Shown piece after piece: positions 58,048 to 64,000 of a stretch of 64,000 bases of DNA. This DNA comes from Thermodesulfobacteriota bacterium (GTDB lineage: Bacteria > Desulfobacterota > Desulfobacteria > Desulfobacterales > SURF-7): NCBI GenBank assembly GCA_049320885.1, contig JBMORA010000001.1, positions 370,622 through 434,621 of the forward strand. The letters are read 5' to 3'. A program made the position numbers and the translations under genes. Positions within the stretch are counted from its first letter, which is position 1. Each line of letters begins with the position of its first letter. The notes beneath the pieces are model-generated. The model saw only the letters and a program-made list of their open reading frames with translations, was not told where the DNA came from and did no database searches.

Positions 58048-60420
58048 TCATTCTTTCCGGTAAAACCCGTTCAGCAGCAAGGCAATCGATCCATCGGTCC
58101 CGCCGGCGATTTCATATTTCCGGCTCAAATCCGCGGAAACGAAAGCGATATAGGGTTGCCGCACTTTCAGACCGCCGACCTTTTCCAACCCGAGCCCCGC
58201 GAACAAACCGGAAAATTCAGCCGGTTCACACTGCATGGAATCGTGCACCACAATGGCGAAGGCGTGATAATCCTCCCGGGATCGCTCCACGACGGCCCGG
58301 AAGGGTTCGGCCGTCACAGGTTGATTCTGATCGGAGCAGGCGTCCACATTCGAAAGGATCGCCACCGTGGACGGGCCGGCGATGCCCACCAGCGAGACTC
58401 CCCGGGCAAGGACTTGTCGGGTATTTCCCGCCCGCAGATAGGAGTCGCCCTTATCGTAATGGCCCTGGGAGCGGATCCGGATCCTGCCGAGGGCATCCTT
58501 TCCCGGCAAAAAAACCAGCCGTTTGTGCTGATAGATTTTCAGGCGTCGGATGAGATGTTTCCGTCTTTCGTCTGCCAGGGCCGATGAAACCGCATGGCTC
58601 AACACTTCCGCCAGCTGTTCCCGCCCGATATACAGCTCGTCTTCAACGCCCGCGACCAGGGCGTTCGGATCGCCCGGTTTCCCCAGGAAAACACAATACG
58701 TCGTTTTTCCGCAACCAGGTTGAAACGCGTCGACCTCCTCCCCGGCATCCACCCATAGGACGGGCTCTTCCGGACTCCGTTCCAGAACACGGTGCGCCAG
58801 TTTCCGTTCACCGGAAAAGTCGAAGAGGACTTCCTTTATCCCCCCCTCCTCCGTCAGGATCAGCAGCACCGGCAGTTTCAACACCCGGTCCTCCAGGCGC
58901 AGATGTCCCCGCAGGGCATCGACCAGGCAGCCGGAGCTGATTTCCGGGTATTCCCAGAACGTTTCGATCTCCTCGGCCCATCCTTTCAGGGTCTCATCCG
59001 GGTCCAGCGCCTTTTCCACCAATGTCGGTTCGTTTCCCAGCAGATTGCGGCCGAGACCCAGAGCCGGCGTATCATACCCGAGCAGGCTCAGGATCGTGGG
59101 CGCGATATCCAGCAGCGATCCGGGCTTGGCGATCGACACCGGTTGAGGACGGTCGGGATCGATGACGATGAACAGGTTTTTCCTGTCTCCTTGAGACAAT
59201 TTATCCATGGCGCTGTTGTTCATGGCCAGGTGATCCGACCCGATGACGATCAGGGTGTCTTGCGCATACGGGGAGGCGAGGATCCGGTCCACCAGCTCGG
59301 TGATCAAAAAATCGGAGCAGCGCACGGCGTTGAGCATGGGGTTGCTTCCATCCCCATAGTCCAAGCCCCCGCACCGCCCGGATGGATGCCCGACAGGATG
59401 GTGGGTGTCGACGCTCAGGGTGACAAGTCCGAATTTCTCGCCGGACTCCGACAATTCCTCGAAACGCCGATAGACCCTTTCAAACAGGGAGTCGTCGAAG
59501 AGCCCCCAGTCGTTCACATAAGCCTCGTCCTCCAGGGTCGGAATCAATTCCCTGCTGCCGAAGGTCGCGTCGAAACCATGGGTGGCGTAAAATTTGCCTT
59601 TGCCGGCGAATTCCAAATCCGCGCCGGCCATGTAGGTCAGAAAATAACCGTGTTCCTTCAGGAGATCCCCGAGGCAGACCGCGCCGGAAAGGAACCGGTC
59701 CATGCCCGCCATGGAATTGCCGTCCGAGGGCGTGACCAGCGGGATTCCGCATTGGCCGGCAACCATGCCGGCGATGGTCCACCCCCCCCCGAAAACCGGA
59801 TCCAGATGCGTGAAAGACAAGCCCCGCTGTTCCAGACGCCGGAGACCGACGATGAGTCCCGGGAAAAGCGTTTCGTCAAAATAGGTGCGCTCCAGCGACT
59901 CTGCGTAAATATACACCAGGTTTTTGGTCCGGGACGGTTCCGCCCCGCTCCCCGGCTTTGCGTACATTGCGGAAAAAGGGACGTCGCTGGCCCTCACCGC
60001 AAGAGTCGAGATCAACTCGCTGCGGACGACGGGATGCGACACAAGGGCCAGCAGGAGAAATGCATACCCCAGCCGCCCGGCCGGGGTCCGCCGAACCTCC
60101 CGGGCCGGTGGAATTACCCGGAACACGACGCAGCATGCCGCCAGCGCCAGCAGAATCGAGGCCGACGCCACCACCAATGCGCCGCGGTATTCCCCGAAAC
60201 CGGCGCCTGCCAATCCATAGCGGAGATGGTACCAAACGGATTCATCGATGCCGTTTCCGGTGAAATAATCGGAAACGATATACAAACCGGAGGACAGCAC
60301 CAACAAAAATCCGCTGAAGCCGAAAAAGAGCCGCAGGATGCCCGTCCCTCCGCCCCTCCGGATCCAGAAGATGGCGGCGCCATAGAAAACAAGGGCCAGA
60401 CAGATCAACAAAAAGTCCAT
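58048..60420 (-). CDS. Phosphoglycerol transferase I-like (MdoB/OpgB, LTA synthase/sulfatase family) with C-terminal extension
   Basis: N-terminal TMs; KNLVYIYAESLERTYFD, WTIAGMVAGQCGIPL, VDTHHP and SDHLAM motifs. Confidence 0.88.
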   Translation of the reverse strand: MDFLLICLALVFYGAAIFWIRRGGGTGILRLFFGFSGFLLVLSSGLYIVSDYFTGNGIDESVWYHLRYGLAGAGFGEYRGALVVASASILLALAACCVVFRVIPPAREVRRTPAGRLGYAFLLLALVSHPVVRSELISTLAVRASDVPFSAMYAKPGSGAEPSRTKNLVYIYAESLERTYFDETLFPGLIVGLRRLEQRGLSFTHLDPVFGGGWTIAGMVAGQCGIPLVTPSDGNSMAGMDRFLSGAVCLGDLLKEHGYFLTYMAGADLEFAGKGKFYATHGFDATFGSRELIPTLEDEAYVNDWGLFDDSLFERVYRRFEELSESGEKFGLVTLSVDTHHPVGHPSGRCGGLDYGDGSNPMLNAVRCSDFLITELVDRILASPYAQDTLIVIGSDHLAMNNSAMDKLSQGDRKNLFIVIDPDRPQPVSIAKPGSLLDIAPTILSLLGYDTPALGLGRNLLGNEPTLVEKALDPDETLKGWAEEIETFWEYPEISSGCLVDALRGHLRLEDRVLKLPVLLILTEEGGIKEVLFDFSGERKLAHRVLERSPEEPVLWVDAGEEVDAFQPGCGKTTYCVFLGKPGDPNALVAGVEDELYIGREQLAEVLSHAVSSALADERRKHLIRRLKIYQHKRLVFLPGKDALGRIRIRSQGHYDKGDSYLRAGNTRQVLARGVSLVGIAGPSTVAILSNVDACSDQNQPVTAEPFRAVVERSREDYHAFAIVVHDSMQCEPAEFSGLFAGLGLEKVGGLKVRQPYIAFVSADLSRKYEIAGGTDGSIALLLNGFYRKE

Positions 60421-60436
60421 GATTCGTGTATTCCCC

Positions 60437-61432
60437 TCACTTCAACCGCGGCCGGAGGCCCTTGTCAAAACTCCGCCAGACGGCATGGGCGGAAGCCGTC
60501 CGCCGTGTCTGGACGACCTGGCGCTTGCGCCACATGGCCGGAAGTCCCCGGATCGCATCCCGTTTGGCGTGCAGGATGACCCGACCCTGTCCGCGCAGAA
60601 TGAAACGCGCAACGGCGGCGGCATTCATCAGCAAAAAGGCCGGCAGCAGCAGCCAGAACAGCAGGCCCGGCATATTCTTCACATAACACCAGACCAGATT
60701 GCGATGGCCGTGGTAGACCGCGAAATCGCTTTTCTGGCCGCCGGTGGTCACCGAGCCCACATGACCGGCCACGGCGGCCGGAATCAGCCGGCATTCCCGG
60801 CCCATCAACCGCAGGCGGAACGCCAGATCCACATCTTCGAAATAGCAAAAAAAATCCTCGTCGAAAGCCCCGGCTTCCACGAGCACATCCCGCCGATAGA
60901 GGGCGGCGGCGGCGCAGGGTCCGAACACGTCCATTTCCGTCAAAGGGAAGGTATTCCTTCTGGCGCCGTGCCCCCGGCGCCAGGCGATTCCGCTGAAATG
61001 GAAAGCATCGCCGGCTCCGTCCAGCCGGTCCGGGTCCAGGGCTTTGACCAGGCAGCCGGCGAAAACCGGAATCGTGGGATAACGGCGGGCGGCGTCCAGA
61101 AGCCTGCCGAGCCAATCCGGCTTTAAAAAAGCGTCCGGATTCACCAGGGCGATCCAGTCACAATCCGAAAGATGCGGCAAGGCGATATTGTTGGCCTTTG
61201 CGAAGCCCACATTCCGGGGCAGAGCGATCCGTTGGAAATGACGCGGCCATACACCCTCCCATGCTCCGGCGGCAGCGTCATCGCCGTTGTCGACCACCAC
61301 AACCCGGGTGAAGGCGGCTTCCTGCTCGGCCATGGCTTTCAGGCATCGGCCCAGGTATTCTCCGGAATTCCAGTTGACCACCACCGCGCCAACGGAAAAA
61401 CCCGCGGGAGGTTTGCCGTCCATTATACGCAC
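60437..61432 (-). CDS. GT2 glycosyltransferase (rhamnosyltransferase-like)
   Basis: VVVNWNS, NVGFAKANN, LVNPDA and FFCYFEDVDL motifs. Confidence 0.9.
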   Translation of the reverse strand: MRIMDGKPPAGFSVGAVVVNWNSGEYLGRCLKAMAEQEAAFTRVVVVDNGDDAAAGAWEGVWPRHFQRIALPRNVGFAKANNIALPHLSDCDWIALVNPDAFLKPDWLGRLLDAARRYPTIPVFAGCLVKALDPDRLDGAGDAFHFSGIAWRRGHGARRNTFPLTEMDVFGPCAAAALYRRDVLVEAGAFDEDFFCYFEDVDLAFRLRLMGRECRLIPAAVAGHVGSVTTGGQKSDFAVYHGHRNLVWCYVKNMPGLLFWLLLPAFLLMNAAAVARFILRGQGRVILHAKRDAIRGLPAMWRKRQVVQTRRTASAHAVWRSFDKGLRPRLK

Positions 61433-62376
61433 CCGCCTTCATCACCCGCGGTCTTTTCCATCCGCAGCCAGTTCCGCATGCGCTCCAGCCCTTCCGGAAA
61501 CGTCGTCCGCGGCTTCCAGCCCAGCTCCATGCCGGCACGTTCCACGGCCAGAACGCTGGACGGTACATCAAACGGTCTGGCTTCCTTGAACACCCGCTCC
61601 GCCGCGATACTCGTCACCTGTTCCACAGCCTCCAGCACATCCAGAAGGCGCATGCCGGTGCCGGAGCCGATATTGAATATCCGTTCGGCGCCGCCGTATT
61701 CCAACGCCAGAATCATCGCCTCGACCACGTCGCCGATATACACATAGTCCCGGACAACGGAACCGTCACCCCAAATCTCCACTGGTTCCCCCCGCAGGAT
61801 TTTTCCCATGAAAACCGCCACGGCGCCCTGCCGGGCCAGTGTGCGCTGTCTCTCGCCGAAGGGATTGGAGAGGCGCAGCACGATATACGGCATGCCGTGA
61901 AGCCGCTGATACAAGGCGAGGTATTTCTCTATGGCCAATTTGGTGATTCCGTACGAGCAAATCGGATTGGTGGGATGCGCCTCATCCAGCGGCAGATACT
62001 GCGGGATACCGTATACCGTGCCCCCGGAAGAAATGAAAATAATCTTTTTGATGCCCGTCTGGACGGCCAGGCTCAACATCCTGACGGTCCCCGTCAGGTT
62101 CGTTTCCACATCAAACGCCGGATCGGCATTGGAGGATTTCGGTATGGTCGTCGAGACCAGATGATAACAAACGTCACATCCCGCCAAAGCTTCACCCATG
62201 TCGGACACACTGGTGAAATCGCCCTCCATATATTCGACACCTTCCGTCCGGGGCTCCGGTTCGAGGGACTCCAGATGGGGCCGGTCGAATATCCGGACGT
62301 CGAATCCTTTTTTCAGCAACCCATCCACCAGATGCGAACCGATAAATCCTTTCCCGCCCAAGACCAGGCACTTCAT
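61423..62376 (-). CDS. NAD-dependent epimerase/dehydratase
   Basis: GGKGFIGSH, SSGGTVYG, YGITK and LRLSNPFG motifs. Confidence 0.93.
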   Translation of the reverse strand: MKCLVLGGKGFIGSHLVDGLLKKGFDVRIFDRPHLESLEPEPRTEGVEYMEGDFTSVSDMGEALAGCDVCYHLVSTTIPKSSNADPAFDVETNLTGTVRMLSLAVQTGIKKIIFISSGGTVYGIPQYLPLDEAHPTNPICSYGITKLAIEKYLALYQRLHGMPYIVLRLSNPFGERQRTLARQGAVAVFMGKILRGEPVEIWGDGSVVRDYVYIGDVVEAMILALEYGGAERIFNIGSGTGMRLLDVLEAVEQVTSIAAERVFKEARPFDVPSSVLAVERAGMELGWKPRTTFPEGLERMRNWLRMEKTAGDEGGCV

Positions 62377-62421
62377 TCGCTTGTCCCTTTCACTCCGTAT
62401 CGCGCTTAGCTCCCGCGGGTT

Positions 62422-63030
62422 CTATCCCATGGCCAGCCGCATCATCCGGTGACGGAGCGCCGCCTTCAGCCGGCTGTTGAAGTTCGGCCAGAAACCGTCA
62501 TCCGGCTTGCGGCAGACCAGCAGGGAATCATGCCACTGATCGCTGCCGTCATCATATCCCTCGTCCTGCCACTGGGTGGATGTCTCCAGCGTCTCCAGCC
62601 GGGCGAAATCCGCCATGGCCCGCATCCCGTCCGGATAAAAGCGCCAGCAATCGTCCGGATAGCGATGCTCCGGACCGCCGGAGGGCGCCAGAACGCAGCA
62701 GAGGCCGCCGGGCTTCAGCACCCTCGCGATTTCGAGGATCGTCAGCCAGAAATAGCGGATATGCTCGAACGCTTGGCCGGAAACCACCACATCCGCGGAA
62801 TTGCCGCGGATCTCGCGGAAAGCATACGGATTCCGCAGAACAATGTCCACGTTTTTCCCGGGCGCCATATCGATTCCCGCGTAACGCCAGCAGGAGCCGC
62901 TGAATATCGGCCGATAGCTGCCGTTGATGTCCTGGCTTCCCAGGTCATAAATCACCAGGGGAGCGCTTTTCCGGTCCGCCAGATACCGGTCCCGGAACCG
63001 GATCATTTTGTCATAGGAACTCTGATGCAT
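62422..63030 (-). CDS. SAM-dependent methyltransferase
   Basis: DLGSQDINGSY, DVVVSGQAFEH, RVLKPGG and HRYPDDCWRF motifs. Confidence 0.9.
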   Translation of the reverse strand: MHQSSYDKMIRFRDRYLADRKSAPLVIYDLGSQDINGSYRPIFSGSCWRYAGIDMAPGKNVDIVLRNPYAFREIRGNSADVVVSGQAFEHIRYFWLTILEIARVLKPGGLCCVLAPSGGPEHRYPDDCWRFYPDGMRAMADFARLETLETSTQWQDEGYDDGSDQWHDSLLVCRKPDDGFWPNFNSRLKAALRHRMMRLAMG

Positions 63031-63043
63031 CCGTTTTGCTCTT

Positions 63044-63811
63044 TCAGCTTCTGCGCAGCAACCACCCGTCCGGACAATAGGTCAGGTTGCGAATGACGTA
63101 TTCCTCGCCGTAAAGCGCCGCCGGCCTTTGAATGATGAAATTCGGGTTCAGGGCCGCAAACTCCCGGGCGGCGGCGGCCGGGTTGTCCTCGCGCCAGTGG
63201 GCGGCCCCTTCCGGCGTATCGGACAGAATCCGCATCACGCCGTCGGCGGCGACGATATACGAGCCGACGGAGACCAGCCCGGCATAGGCATTCAACTCCC
63301 GCAGCACATGGGCCCTGGAATGGTCGCTGTCCAGGAAAACAAAGGTCCGCTCGCCCGGCCGGATCAGATCGCGCACCTTTCGGACGGTGTCCGGCGCCGC
63401 CGAATCCGCCTGGATCAAGGTGATGGCCTCCCCGTATGGGCTTTCAGCCACGGCTTTCCGGACGGATTCCGGAATATGGACATCAATGGAAATCACCCGG
63501 CCCTTGCCCAGCAGACGGCACAAGGAGGCGAAAAAAATCGCGCTCCCCCCCTGGTTCACCCCGGTTTCCACAATGACATCCGGCTGAATCCGGAACAGGC
63601 TTTCCTGCAGCCGGATCATGTCGTCGGGCAATTGCCAGATCGGGAAGCCTAGCCAGGACAAGGAGCGCCAGTTGGCCGCATTCCACTGCTGCTTGATCCA
63701 CAATCCGGTCATCTTTTCCAGGCCTTCCCTGGAAAACAGGTCGAGCGTTTCAACAACGCCGTCTTCTTCCACGACCATCGAGTTGGCCGCTGTATCAATA
63801 CGGATTTTCAT
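63044..63811 (-). CDS. CmcI-family (cephalosporin hydroxylase / rhamnosyl O-methyltransferase) protein
   Basis: SWLGFPIWQLPDD, PDVIVETG..GGS, LDSDHS..HV and GSYIVAADG motifs. Confidence 0.9.
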   Translation of the reverse strand: MKIRIDTAANSMVVEEDGVVETLDLFSREGLEKMTGLWIKQQWNAANWRSLSWLGFPIWQLPDDMIRLQESLFRIQPDVIVETGVNQGGSAIFFASLCRLLGKGRVISIDVHIPESVRKAVAESPYGEAITLIQADSAAPDTVRKVRDLIRPGERTFVFLDSDHSRAHVLRELNAYAGLVSVGSYIVAADGVMRILSDTPEGAAHWREDNPAAAAREFAALNPNFIIQRPAALYGEEYVIRNLTYCPDGWLLRRS

Positions 63812-64000
63812 ACCAGATGAATCCTGATGTCGTTCATGGGCACGCCCATCAGCCCGAAACAGACGGAACTGGAATGTACCCGGAAAGCCAGGGCCTCGTG
63901 CAGCCAGTGGTGCTGGACATGCTCCTGCTGGGTGCCCTCGGCCGCCGAGGCGGCCACCGTGTAGTCCCCCACCGGCATAACCGGCATGCGAAAGGAGAAG
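63808..64000 (-). CDS. wzt: C-terminal end of a Wzt polysaccharide ABC ATPase (carbohydrate-binding domain), partial
   Basis: Not in the ORF track. Manual translation gives FSFRMPVMPVGDYTVAASAAEGTQQEHVQHHWLHEALAFRVHSSSVCFGLMGVPMNDIRIHLV-stop, with ATGA overlap onto the CmcI gene. Confidence 0.75.
   Translation of the reverse strand, partial: FSFRMPVMPVGDYTVAASAAEGTQQEHVQHHWLHEALAFRVHSSSVCFGLMGVPMNDIRIHLV

Noticed and set aside
11031..60579. Long opposite-strand or alternate-frame ORFs (e.g. 11031-12749, 17488-19008, 22514-24352, 24534-25931, 29237-31126, 33445-35388, 56902-58587, 58792-60579)
   Set aside because: They overlap well-supported genes and show no recognisable motifs; such shadow ORFs are expected in high-GC DNA.

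Overview
GC-rich window from a sulfate-reducing deltaproteobacterium (Desulfobacterales-like, inferred from dsrC, hdr/flx and ahbA). No rRNA, tRNA, CRISPR array or intact mobile element was seen. Left arm (minus strand): an hdrA-flxD(mvhD)-flxC-flxB-flxA cluster followed by dsrC. The ORF track breaks both hdrA and flxD at in-frame TGA codons that sit at conserved Cys positions and are followed by SECIS-like hairpins, so both are best read as selenoproteins. There is no hdrB/hdrC, but a large FAD/Fe-S/CCG oxidoreductase is transcribed divergently. Middle: miaA, an orphan outer-membrane efflux channel, nupC-nagD, katA-perR, a SPOR/NlpC lipoprotein, a TetR-YbhGFSR-TolC ABC exporter, an enoyl-CoA hydratase, a hybrid kinase with a TtrS/ThsS-like sensor domain paired with an HD-GYP regulator, an M14 peptidase and MscS. 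Right arm: two convergent glycan loci. The 13-gene plus-strand operon (39453-52519) is the best candidate for an undescribed system. It encodes a GT-C-like membrane protein with a TPR-like tail, an ArnC-like polyprenol-phosphate glycosyltransferase, an SMR/EamA flippase and enzymes for a heavily tailored amino-deoxysugar. The minus-strand locus is an ABC (Wzt)-dependent polysaccharide cluster with a methyltransferase/coiled-coil/GT fusion and an MdoB-like transferase. All functional calls come from motif recognition; no database searches were run.
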